This document shows, piece by piece, positions 29,307-37,938 of a stretch of 64,000 nt of DNA (its first letter is position 1; each line of letters opens with the position of its first letter). The position numbers were made by a program, and so were the translations under genes. Location: assembly GCA_028284955.1 (NCBI GenBank), contig JANQQS010000095.1:27076-91075 (forward strand). Direction: 5' to 3'. This stretch comes from Myxococcota bacterium (GTDB lineage Bacteria; Myxococcota_A; Polyangia; Polyangiales; Houyiibacteriaceae). The notes under the pieces are model-generated. The model ran no database searches. It worked only from the letters and a program-made list of their open reading frames with translations, and was not told where the DNA came from.

Positions 29307-30551
29307 ATGCAGCATCACAGAACGCTTCGCGCCAAACGGAACCCATTTGTCGGAGCTCGCGTCGCGATTCTGATGCTCGGTTCCGCGCTGATGGTCGCTG
29401 CTGGGTGCACCGCGCACGCTGGCGAAATCGAGCAGGAGCAGTCGAAATCAAGCTCGCCGCCGCGTGGGGCGAACTTCGCCGGGAAGATTCTCTTCGGAAA
29501 AGAACTATTTGTCGCCACCCCAGCCAGCGCGCAGGGCGCCACCAAGCGAGGGTTCGCAGATTTCACCGGAGACGGTGTGGAGGATATGATTGAGGTTCGC
29601 AACGACGGCTTTCTCCTTCAGAATTGGAACGCTCACATTTTTCCTGGACGCCAGGATACCTCGGTTGATCCGAGCGTGCTCCGTTTCGAAAACACCCCGA
29701 TGAAGGTGAGCCTCCCGGTACGCGAAGGCTTCGGCGCCAAAAAAACAAAGTTCGATACGGCGGACATCAATGGGGACGGATACGCCGACATCGTTCTCTC
29801 GCAGTACAAGGAATCACTACTCGGAATATTCGAAACGGTGACCCTCCACGCCGCGATCAACCAACGCAACCTTACGTTTCAGCCTGCGACCTTCACAACG
29901 GTAGAACAGGCGACGCTCGCCGCCGTGCTCACGAAGTGGTTCGGAGAGATTCCGGCGTCCATTCGTGCCAAAGACGAAGACTTCGACGATTGGGTCCAGC
30001 TCGACTGGGTTGACATGACGAACGACGACAAAGACGACCTCGTGTTGATGTGGAAGCAGAGTTGGGGACGCGCAAAGGAAACCCTGCACTATCAAATTTT
30101 CCCGACACAAAGCGTTGCGGACGGCAACATCTCGTTCAGTCGAACGGCCTACGGCACGGTACCGGGCTTTCTATGGTTCCCGTGGCACGGTTCGGAGAGT
30201 CTTTCCAACGTCGACACGGAGGACTACAACAACGACGGCTTTGGCGACTTCTATGTGTACCACCCGTGGGATGGTCAGGTGGGCGATTGGGAAACGCATC
30301 TCGCCATCCGAGTAGCCTTTCGGAAGACCGACCAACCGCTCACGGGCAATGCCGCGTTTCAAGCGCATAAACGCCACCAATTTGATGAAAAGGCAGCCGA
30401 GCCCAGCTACGGAAACCTCAACGACGTCCTCCTCAAGTTCGACAAACGGGACACGTTCGACATGAACGACGATGGATGCGCGGACTACGTGCACATATCC
30501 AAGTTCGACGGGAAAAAGCAGATTCGCTACCGACTGATTCAGTGCTTCTGA
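29307..30551 (+). CDS. FG-GAP/VCBS-repeat lipoprotein
   Basis: Lipobox LMVAAGC. Five Ca-binding-like D-x-[ND]-x-D-G-x-x-D motifs (DFTGDGVEDMI, DINGDGYADIV, DMTNDDKDDLV, DYNNDGFGDFY, DMNDDGCADYV). Confidence 0.7.
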   Translation: MQHHRTLRAKRNPFVGARVAILMLGSALMVAAGCTAHAGEIEQEQSKSSSPPRGANFAGKILFGKELFVATPASAQGATKRGFADFTGDGVEDMIEVRNDGFLLQNWNAHIFPGRQDTSVDPSVLRFENTPMKVSLPVREGFGAKKTKFDTADINGDGYADIVLSQYKESLLGIFETVTLHAAINQRNLTFQPATFTTVEQATLAAVLTKWFGEIPASIRAKDEDFDDWVQLDWVDMTNDDKDDLVLMWKQSWGRAKETLHYQIFPTQSVADGNISFSRTAYGTVPGFLWFPWHGSESLSNVDTEDYNNDGFGDFYVYHPWDGQVGDWETHLAIRVAFRKTDQPLTGNAAFQAHKRHQFDEKAAEPSYGNLNDVLLKFDKRDTFDMNDDGCADYVHISKFDGKKQIRYRLIQCF

Positions 30552-30832
30552 ACGCTCTGTTGTCGCGTCGAGCGCGTGTCGGCTGACCCGCGGGCCCGCT
30601 CTGTTTCGCGCCATGCCGCGAGCTCGCCGCGGAGGCGCTGGGCGTCGGCTTCGATCTGGGGCTGGAGCTTCTTATGGGTGTCGTTGAGCTCTTGAACGAG
30701 GCCGGCGGACAGCGCTTGGCCTTCGGTCAAGGTGTCGTAGAGCCGATCAAAGAGCTCCGCGATGTTTCTGGAAGCCAGACGGTGCCGGCCATTGACTACT
30801 CGACCCGCAAGGGACGGTTTTCGGTCAGGCAC
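30539..30832 (-). CDS. possible small helical protein (hypothetical)
   Basis: 97-aa ORF in an otherwise empty gap, with GC-rich third codon positions in its central part. No homology recognised. Overlaps the FG-GAP gene end by 13 bp. Confidence 0.35.
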   Translation of the reverse strand: MPDRKPSLAGRVVNGRHRLASRNIAELFDRLYDTLTEGQALSAGLVQELNDTHKKLQPQIEADAQRLRGELAAWRETERARGSADTRSTRQQSVQKH

Positions 30833-30941
30833 GAGTTCGTTTTTCCGCGCCCGAGAGAGGTTCTATGGAGCCGGCACCTGCATGCGCGGCGATTTTCATT
30901 CACACTATTGGCTCATTCGATTGATTCGCTGGGTTTTGCCT

Positions 30942-31979
30942 ATGATGTTCACGCAACTCGTTTCTCTTCGCGCTAGATTGCCGCATTGGATCGCGGCGAC
31001 GAGCACGCTCGTCACGCTTTTTGGTTTGGGTTGCGGCGATTCTCTCGCTACCGAAGCCTACCGCGGCGAGCCGCGCATCGTGCTCCGTGGCTCGATCGAA
31101 AGTCTCGAGCGCATGCCCATGCCGGGGGAGCAGATTTTCGTGACAGCCGTGTGGGAAGGCCTGGATATGACAAATTCCCGCGAAACGCTTTTTGGAACGC
31201 CAGCACCCATTACTACATCGAGCTTTCCTGCAGAGTTTGAGGCCGCGCTGTTCGACGAACCGCCGGCTGGCGCGTTCATTGACTTCTCGTTGCGCAACTG
31301 TCCCGCAAATGTGATCGATGCGCTGGAAGCCGAAGCGCCGTTGTACCACGGAACAACCGACCGTTCGTGGCCACTCGAAGACGAAGCGGAGAGAGTGGGT
31401 TGGCTAGTCGCTCCAAGCGAACAATCTAGTTTTCCGCAACAACGCGTGGACTTCCCGATTCTCGACAGCCTTGGCATCTTTCCAAGCTCGGTGAGCGAAT
31501 TGCAAGGCTATGTCGATTGCGGGGTCTGGGCACTAGAACTGCGCCACAATCCGCAGCTTCGTCAGCGCTCGGCTAGTTTTCAGGGTTCTGGTGCCGCCGC
31601 AAAGATCGTTGTGTTTGCTGATACAGACGGCAACGGTCAACTCACCATCAACAGTGAAGTGCGTGACGTTGGCCTGCTAAGCGATTCCCCCACCATCAGC
31701 GACGAAATACTCGGTGAGGCAAGTGAGCACGCACTCGCCTTTTTTAGAAACTTGAACGCAGACTCCATCCGCCGCTTAACGGACGGCGCGGAGGCAATCG
31801 CCGAGGCATCTGGCTCCGAATTGCCGCGCAATGGCTTTCAGCTTACCGAGGGGGTCTGTACGAGCGATCGCACAACAAATATGACTCGCATAGTTCCCGT
31901 AGAAACCACTCGACTGACCATTCTCAACGAAGCAGATCGAGATCGTCTCTACGAGGCAGGAAGCCACTGCTCGCCGTAG
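30942..31979 (+). CDS. hypothetical lipoprotein, tandem paralogue A
   Basis: Signal and lipobox LFGLGCGDSLATEAYRGEPRIVLRGSIESLER after the ATG at 30942 (ORF track 30762). Collinear with the next gene. Confidence 0.65.
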   Translation: MMFTQLVSLRARLPHWIAATSTLVTLFGLGCGDSLATEAYRGEPRIVLRGSIESLERMPMPGEQIFVTAVWEGLDMTNSRETLFGTPAPITTSSFPAEFEAALFDEPPAGAFIDFSLRNCPANVIDALEAEAPLYHGTTDRSWPLEDEAERVGWLVAPSEQSSFPQQRVDFPILDSLGIFPSSVSELQGYVDCGVWALELRHNPQLRQRSASFQGSGAAAKIVVFADTDGNGQLTINSEVRDVGLLSDSPTISDEILGEASEHALAFFRNLNADSIRRLTDGAEAIAEASGSELPRNGFQLTEGVCTSDRTTNMTRIVPVETTRLTILNEADRDRLYEAGSHCSP

Positions 31980-32063
31980 CGCGACGCGCATGATCGATTC
32001 ATGCTAGCAAATGTTTCTTTCACGCCACTTTTTCCTCCATTCATGTGCTCATGACCTCGTACG

Positions 32064-33188
32064 ATGAGACTCACGTCCGCCATTTCGTACCAAGCCGCCG
32101 CAGCCGGATCGTTCTGCGTCGCGTTCCTTGTCGCGGGATGCGGCGATTCGCTGGCCACCGAAGCCTATCGCGGAGAGCCACGGATCGTGCTTCGAGGCTC
32201 GATTGAGAGCCTCGAACGAACACCCGCGCCGGGCGAACAGATCTTTGTCACCGTCGTGTGGTCTTCTGAGGATCCGTCGACGCTGCGCGAAAACATCTTC
32301 GGAACCGCCGCGCCCATCACCGCAACGACGTTTCCCGCGCAGTTCGAAGCGGCACTGTTCGACGAGCCACCCGCGGAAGCGCAGTGGGACCTATCGCTCC
32401 GCAATTGCCCGGCGAGCCTGGTTGATGCGCTCGAAGCCGAGGCTCCGCTCTATCGAACAGCCTTGCTCGACCAGCCACCCACGATCAACCAGCCATCCTC
32501 GATCGAGCAGTCGCCCTCGATCGATCAACCAGCGTCCAGCCCTCCCCCTCAGACGGCAACCCCGCCCTTCGAGTGGCCCCTCGGCGAAGAAGTCATTGCG
32601 CTGAGTTTCATCCTCGAAGACCCTGAAGGACGCGCCAAGTTCCCCCAGCAGCGCGCGGAGTACCCTGCGCTCGACAGCCTCGGCTTGTTTCCAAGCTCTG
32701 TCGACGCGATTCGGGGTTACGCCGACTGCAACACGTGGGCCCTCGCGCTGCAGAACAATCCACAACTTCGCCAAAGTTCGACCGCGTTTCAAGGATCGGT
32801 CGCATTAGCCGAAATCGTCGTGTTTGCCGACAAAGACGGAAACGGCCGCCTCAGCATCAACAACGAAATTCGCGACGAGGATTTGTTCGATTCGCCCACC
32901 ACCGGCGGCGACGAGGAGCTCGGCAAGGCGAGCCGTCATACGCTGGCGTATTTTCAGAACGTGAACGACGCCGCGGCCCGTCTCCTGGTCGACGGGCCCG
33001 AGCCGATCAGGCCGAGCCAAGGTTCTGCGCTACCTCGCAACGGCTTCCAAATCCTTGAAGACGTCTGCCGAAGCCCGCGACTGAGCGATATACGGCAGAT
33101 TGTTCCCGCGCAAACCGCTCAGCTAACGATTTTCAACGAAGCGGATCGCGACCGCCTCTATCTGGCTCAGAGTCTTTGTGCGCAGTAG
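32064..33188 (+). CDS. hypothetical lipoprotein, tandem paralogue B
   Basis: LVAGCGDSLATEAYRGEPRIVLRGSIESLER..., collinear with paralogue A through to ...NEADRDRLY. Carries an extra repeat-encoded insertion. Confidence 0.7.
   Translation: MRLTSAISYQAAAAGSFCVAFLVAGCGDSLATEAYRGEPRIVLRGSIESLERTPAPGEQIFVTVVWSSEDPSTLRENIFGTAAPITATTFPAQFEAALFDEPPAEAQWDLSLRNCPASLVDALEAEAPLYRTALLDQPPTINQPSSIEQSPSIDQPASSPPPQTATPPFEWPLGEEVIALSFILEDPEGRAKFPQQRAEYPALDSLGLFPSSVDAIRGYADCNTWALALQNNPQLRQSSTAFQGSVALAEIVVFADKDGNGRLSINNEIRDEDLFDSPTTGGDEELGKASRHTLAYFQNVNDAAARLLVDGPEPIRPSQGSALPRNGFQILEDVCRSPRLSDIRQIVPAQTAQLTIFNEADRDRLYLAQSLCAQ
32469..32540 (+). repeat. in-frame 18-bp tandem repeat (4 units), present only in paralogue B
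   Basis: gaccagccacccacgatc / aaccagccatcctcgatc / gagcagtcgccctcgatc / gatcaaccagcgtccagc. Encodes DQPPTI NQPSSI EQSPSI DQPASS. Confidence 0.85.
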
Positions 33189-33331
33189 CACGACATGCCG
33201 ACATGACAGTTTATACTAAAATTACGTTATTTATGTCTATTTTTGCACCGTTCATGCGATCATATAGAGGCGCACGCTCCGCGCTGGCGCGGCTGGCACT
33301 TCGCGCGTAACGCTAAGTCGGAGTTGTACCC

Positions 33332-34411
33332 ATGTCCGACGCACCTCGGTTTCAAAATCGTCTGCTGGCTCGAGAGCAACTCGGGACGACGCGCGGCTGG
33401 GCAACGATCGGTTGGGCGAAACTCGGCCGGACGGTATCAAACTGGGCAAGGTATGGTTGGATGAAGCTCGGCTGGGTAATCGTTGGCAGCGCCGGGTTTT
33501 GCTGGGCTGGCGGAGGTTGCGCCGCGGTTTCGGAGTCCGCCGAAGCGACCCACCAAAAATTCGCAGGAACCTTTTCGCTTTCGGAAACTGATCGTCAGAT
33601 CGTGGCGGACAAACTGCTGTCGATGACGATGTACGAGTTTCTGAATTTGGCCGCCGAAGTTGGTTGGATTCCGATGGATGCGGAGACACCTGCTGAACGA
33701 GAAGCCGCCACGCACCGAATGCTGGTCGCGATTCTCGAGAAGCCACCAAACCCGGGGCCACTACGCCTGGCGGCGCTCGACTTCTCCAAGATTGAAGAAG
33801 AGATTCAGCGTGCCGTAGTCGGAGAGTTTATCGCGCCGCTCCTTCCGAAAGAGAGGCGACCCGCCGTGAAAGCGCTTTGTGGCAAAAGAAACAACCTCTC
33901 CCGCTGCGCGTGGAGCGTGTTGCCATACTTGGCAGCAGATAAAGCCGCGAGAGCCCGCTTCGATCGCCCGGAGGTGCTTCTCCGCGACGTCGATCCTCAG
34001 GAGCCGAGGTCATCGAACCAAAAGTTTCTGTACGTCGACGGCCGGCGCGGCGCCTATTTGCATGTGGTGTGGATGGCGCTGCTCACAAATGCCGTCGATG
34101 GACGATGGGCGCGTAAGGTCGGCAAAATCAATGAAGATCACCAGTCCGGAAAACGCGACGAGCTCTACGAAAAGCGCAAAGATATGGACCTTCACAACAA
34201 CGAAGTGGGCATTCGTTACGCCAAGAACCATCCTCGCGCGAACGAGAACACGATTGTGAACAGACTTGAGGACGTCGTCAGGGAGGCCACCACTGTCGGG
34301 AATGGTTTGTACCCCAAGATCTTGCTGTACTACCCCGTCGTGCGAAACCCCAACGCGCCCATTCGATTGGTGCCCAGCAACACTCCGTACCCTCGTGAAT
34401 TCGGAGACTAG
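33332..34411 (+). CDS. hypothetical protein (N-terminal hydrophobic anchor)
   Basis: 359-aa ORF preceded by an AT-rich stretch (33200-33270). The block HVVWMALLTNAVDGRWARKVGKINEDH...RKDMDLHNNEVGIRYAK vaguely resembles a DUF family I cannot name with confidence. Confidence 0.55.
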   Translation: MSDAPRFQNRLLAREQLGTTRGWATIGWAKLGRTVSNWARYGWMKLGWVIVGSAGFCWAGGGCAAVSESAEATHQKFAGTFSLSETDRQIVADKLLSMTMYEFLNLAAEVGWIPMDAETPAEREAATHRMLVAILEKPPNPGPLRLAALDFSKIEEEIQRAVVGEFIAPLLPKERRPAVKALCGKRNNLSRCAWSVLPYLAADKAARARFDRPEVLLRDVDPQEPRSSNQKFLYVDGRRGAYLHVVWMALLTNAVDGRWARKVGKINEDHQSGKRDELYEKRKDMDLHNNEVGIRYAKNHPRANENTIVNRLEDVVREATTVGNGLYPKILLYYPVVRNPNAPIRLVPSNTPYPREFGD

Positions 34412-34504
34412 CCAGACTAGCGTTGCTGCCTTTTTGCCTTCGTCGCGAGCATCTTGCTTGCGACGGGAACAGGATGAGGATCGGGATCAGGCGGAGCGTC
34501 GGGG

Positions 34505-34610
34505 ATTCTGCATCTGAATCGGGATCTACCTCGGCGTCCGATTCGGCGTCGGTGTCGGTGTCTGCGTCGGCTTCCGATTCAGATCCTGTGTCTGGCTCGG
34601 ATTCGACGCC
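34505..34610. repeat. degenerate hexanucleotide simple-sequence tract
   Basis: The minus strand reads gccgacgcagacaccgacaccgacgccgaatcggacgccgag...gatcccgattcagatgca, the same (GAY/GAR-NCN)n style as 24250-24350. Intergenic, between convergent genes. Confidence 0.7.
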
Positions 34611-34614
34611 CGCT

Positions 34615-35640
34615 CTACACGTCCGCCTCAGGTATCGCGATCACGTCGGCGATGTCTCGAGCGCCCACCGCCAACATCACCAGCCGGTCAAACCCCAGCG
34701 CGTTTCCCGCGCAGGGGGGCAGTCCGCGTTCAAGCGCGGCCAGAAAACGTTCATCGAGAGGGTGGTCGGGGCGCCCCAGCTTGGCGCGTCGCGCTCGATC
34801 GGCTTCCAGGCGACGACGCTGTTCTATTGGGTCAATGAGCTCGCCGAATCCATTGCACAGCTCGATTCCATCGACGTAGAGCTCAAATCGGTCGGCGCAG
34901 GAAGGGTCTTCGGGGAACAGCCGAGCAAGCGACGCGAACTGCGCGGGCCAATGGGTCAGAAATACGGGTCGGTGGCGGCCGAGTTGCGGCTCGATGCGCT
35001 CGACCATGATGCGAAAAAACCGCTCCTCGTCCGGCAGCGCATCGTGAAGAGACGTTCCTGCGTAGCGAGCAAAAGCGTCTTGCATGGTGAGCCGCTCAAA
35101 CGGCGGTTCCACGTCGATAGGCCCGTGGGCGCCCGCGATGCGCGACGGCCCAAGCTCCGTCCTTTTCGGCTGGGGCTTCTCGGTTTGGGGCTTCTCGGTT
35201 TGGGGCTTCTCGGCTTGGGGCTCCTCGTTTCGAGGTTTCTGGGTTTGGTCTCCCTCTGAAGCAGCCCGCACTGCGGCAGCGACCAGCTGTTCGGTATCGA
35301 CCATCACGTCTTCCGATGTCGCGTCACTGCGATACCATTCGAGCATCGTGAACTCGGTTTGGTGGAGTGCGCCGTGTTCGCCGGCTCGGAAGCACTTGCA
35401 AAGCTGATAAATATGACCGGCCCCAGCGCTGAGCAGTCTCTTCATTTGGTATTCGGGGCTCGGAGAGAGCCATCGGTCGCCGCCTACGCGAACAGCTTCA
35501 AGGTGTACCTCGACGCCTGGGCTAGGGACCAAAATCGGGGTCTCCACCTCCAAAAAGCCGTGCTCTTCGAAGTATGCGCGTGCGGCCGCAGCGATGCGCG
35601 CTCGGGCTCTCAGACGCTCCAGGCGCGTTCCATTCTGAAT
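34615..35640 (-). CDS. epmA: EF-P--(R)-beta-lysine ligase EpmA (GenX/PoxA, class II aaRS-like); proposed non-canonical ATT start
   Basis: LEVETPIL, YQLCKCFRAGEHGALHQTEFTMLEWY and a GNALGFDRLVML-type motif 3. The tracked ORF starts at TTG 35553, but the conserved helix LERLRARARIAAAARAYFEEHGF is encoded upstream in the same frame, with no ATG/GTG/TTG. AAGGAGG (35652-35646) lies 5 nt before the ATT at 35640. Confidence 0.8.
   Translation of the reverse strand: MQNGTRLERLRARARIAAAARAYFEEHGFLEVETPILVPSPGVEVHLEAVRVGGDRWLSPSPEYQMKRLLSAGAGHIYQLCKCFRAGEHGALHQTEFTMLEWYRSDATSEDVMVDTEQLVAAAVRAASEGDQTQKPRNEEPQAEKPQTEKPQTEKPQPKRTELGPSRIAGAHGPIDVEPPFERLTMQDAFARYAGTSLHDALPDEERFFRIMVERIEPQLGRHRPVFLTHWPAQFASLARLFPEDPSCADRFELYVDGIELCNGFGELIDPIEQRRRLEADRARRAKLGRPDHPLDERFLAALERGLPPCAGNALGFDRLVMLAVGARDIADVIAIPEADV
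35160..35249 (-). repeat. in-frame 15-bp tandem repeat inside epmA
   Basis: ggcttctcggtttgg twice, then ggcttctcggcttgg and degenerate flanking units. Encodes EPQAEKPQTEKPQTEKPQPK. Confidence 0.9.
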
Positions 35641-35688
35641 GTCGGCCTCCTTCGCGTCGTGCCTCTTCGCACCCAGGCGAATCGCGCT

Positions 35689-36252
35689 CTATACCTTGAC
35701 GCGCTCGACGTAGCTCGCGGTGCGCGTGTCGATTTTTAGTCGGTCGCCTTGGTTGACGAAGAGCGGCACCTGCACGCTGAGGCCGGAGCTGAGCTTGGCA
35801 GGCTTGGTGGTGTTGCCGCTGGTGTCCCCTTTGAAGCCGGGCTCGGTTTCGACGACGTCTAGTTCGACGAAGGTCGGCGGCGTGATGCCGATGGGGTTTC
35901 CTTGAAAGAGCATGACGTCGACTTTGATCTCGTCGAGTAGGTAATACACGTTGTCTCCAAGCTGCTCCTTGCTCAAGCGGAGCTGCTCGTAGCTTTGCGT
36001 ATCCATAAACACGTAGGCGTCACCCTCGGGGTAGAGGTACTGCATTTCGCGCTCTTCGGTGTCGGCTTTGTCGAGCTTTTCGCCGCTCTTGTAGGTGCGA
36101 TCGATCACCGCCCCGGTCATCATATTTTTGAGCTTGGTGCGGAAAAACGCTTGCCCCTTCCCGGGCTTCACAAACTGGCTCTCCACCACCGCGTAAGGCT
36201 GGCCATCGATGAGAACTTTGAACCCCTTGCGCAGGTCGGATGTGTCGGCCAT
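35689..36252 (-). CDS. efp: elongation factor P
   Basis: MADTSDLRKGFKVLIDGQPYAVVESQFVKPGKGQAFFRTKLKN..., with the KPGKGQA loop. The ATG at 36252 gives the expected ~187 aa; the tracked 5' extension is spurious. Confidence 0.95.
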   Translation of the reverse strand: MADTSDLRKGFKVLIDGQPYAVVESQFVKPGKGQAFFRTKLKNMMTGAVIDRTYKSGEKLDKADTEEREMQYLYPEGDAYVFMDTQSYEQLRLSKEQLGDNVYYLLDEIKVDVMLFQGNPIGITPPTFVELDVVETEPGFKGDTSGNTTKPAKLSSGLSVQVPLFVNQGDRLKIDTRTASYVERVKV

Positions 36253-36734
36253 CAGTCTTCCTCGCCTTCTACCTTTTGTGCCACCACCACCACGTCGCTC
36301 GGCCCCGGCACCTGTCCGTTCGTTTCCGCCGTGACCGCGATGTCTAGCGGGCCCTGCACCGGAGTGGTGACCATAAGTCGACCGACCAGCGTGCGCTCGT
36401 TGTACTCGAGCACTCCTGCGCGAATGGGCGCGTTCTTTGACGCTTTCGGTTTCTGACTCGACCGTGGTTTCTGACTCGAAGGGGAGAGCCACACCACGTA
36501 AGCGGTGGCCCCCTCCGAAAGTCGCGATGCGGGCGGCAGATGCTCGAGCGTGACGGTGAGCATTCGTTCTTTGCCCTCCACCTCTTCCACCTGGAGCGCT
36601 CCTTCAGAGCCTTCAGCGCGCGCCGTGCCGATGAGCATGTATTCGGTCGTACCGCTGCACGCGACGCACAACGCCACGCCGACCAGGCCGGCGGCGCGTT
36701 CGCGGTTTCGGCGGATGCGTCGGAGAACGGTCAA
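36252..36734 (-). CDS. hypothetical lipoprotein, translationally coupled to efp
   Basis: Lipobox VALCVACSG. Its TGA stop overlaps the efp ATG (TGATG). Contains an 18-bp in-frame repeat at 36449-36484 (SSQKPR/SSQKPK). Confidence 0.6.
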   Translation of the reverse strand: MTVLRRIRRNRERAAGLVGVALCVACSGTTEYMLIGTARAEGSEGALQVEEVEGKERMLTVTLEHLPPASRLSEGATAYVVWLSPSSQKPRSSQKPKASKNAPIRAGVLEYNERTLVGRLMVTTPVQGPLDIAVTAETNGQVPGPSDVVVVAQKVEGEED

Positions 36735-36747
36735 GACACGGCCTTTT

Positions 36748-37731
36748 ATGCCTGTTCCTCAAACCGGTCAAGCCCCGAGCGACAGCCGCGTCTTGCTTGC
36801 TGCCGTTTCTGAGCTACCCCCGAGCGAGATGCAAGAAGCTGAAGAAGAGATTCGTGAGATAAAGAAGGAGATTATCGAATCCCGCGGGTTGATCATCAAG
36901 ACGAACAACCTCGTCAATTCGCTGGGTGCCGATGTGAAAGCGATCGCGAAGCGCCAGTCGAGCTACGAGCGCAGGTTCAACTGGAACGGCGGGGTGTTTC
37001 TGGGCGTTGTCGCGGTGATTTCTTTCGCCGGGCTCAAGCTCGCTTCAGACGCGCGGATTCGCGAAATCGAGTCCGAAGTTCGTGAATTGAATCGGCAGAA
37101 AAAAGAGCTTACTCGAGAGCTCGATCAGGAAACAGAACGCGCCGACGATCGTGCCCGCGCAGAAACGAAGGCCTCCCAGTTTTATAGCCTGATCCGCCAG
37201 CAAAAACGGGAACAAGTCGTCGAGCGGTACGACGCATTGTCCAAAGAAACTCTATCCGGCGCAGAGCGCGCGTTCTTTCGCGATACATACGATAGTTTTC
37301 GCCTCGATTTGTCCATATTGTCCTATCAAAACGGGCTCGAGCTGATGCGCACGGGGCGCTACGCCGAAGCCGCGGAACAATTTCGCGAATCGTTCCGTCT
37401 GCGCGACGATGCGGCACATATTCCCGCGGTAAAGTACCAGCTCGCGCGGGCGCTACGAAAGCTGGATCGGCAGAGCGAAGCGATGGTCTACGCGCGGCAG
37501 GTGGTCGCACAAAAGCTGGATCGCGAACTGCAAGACGACGCGATGTACTTGGTGGGCCTCTGCGCCGAAGAGCTTGACGATATCGACACCGCGCGCGAAG
37601 CGGTACGCACGCTGATCCGTCGATGGCCGCGGTCCTCGATCGCCCGCGATGCGCGTATCAAGCTCCGCGATCTGAATCGCCGCGCCCTTCGAGGTCATCA
37701 GGCCGCCGCTGACGCTCCCGAGCAAAGTTAG
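36748..37731 (+). CDS. membrane-anchored coiled-coil / TPR-repeat protein
   Basis: The ATG at 36748 avoids the antisense overlap (ORF track 36505). Has a coiled-coil, one TM segment (GGVFLGVVAVISFAGLKL), and TPR-like helices at the C-terminus. Confidence 0.6.
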   Translation: MPVPQTGQAPSDSRVLLAAVSELPPSEMQEAEEEIREIKKEIIESRGLIIKTNNLVNSLGADVKAIAKRQSSYERRFNWNGGVFLGVVAVISFAGLKLASDARIREIESEVRELNRQKKELTRELDQETERADDRARAETKASQFYSLIRQQKREQVVERYDALSKETLSGAERAFFRDTYDSFRLDLSILSYQNGLELMRTGRYAEAAEQFRESFRLRDDAAHIPAVKYQLARALRKLDRQSEAMVYARQVVAQKLDRELQDDAMYLVGLCAEELDDIDTAREAVRTLIRRWPRSSIARDARIKLRDLNRRALRGHQAAADAPEQS

Positions 37732-37938
37732 ACGCAAGAGACGTCGGCTGAGAAGCCGAGCTCACGACGCACTACGAGACAATTGTCCCCAAACACGGCT
37801 ACCCTTCTTGACGAAAGCCATTTCTCCGGCTTCACTGTAATACAGGCTGCAAAAGTCATCATTGATCAAGTTTCCGAAGATCGAACGTCCAGAGGTCGAA
37901 CGTCCCGAGCTGAGGAAGCCGCGCGGCCGCAGGACTGA

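Noticed and set aside
35689-36492. 5' extensions of tracked ORFs: efp to 36492, kinase to 21437, 13741, 36505, 30762, 25773, 62324, 4061.
   Set aside because: The extensions do one or more of the following: overlap neighbouring genes, contain a terminator (21442-21482), or precede an internal ATG that has a ribosome-binding site and/or is followed directly by the signal peptide or conserved N-terminus. The internal starts were used instead.
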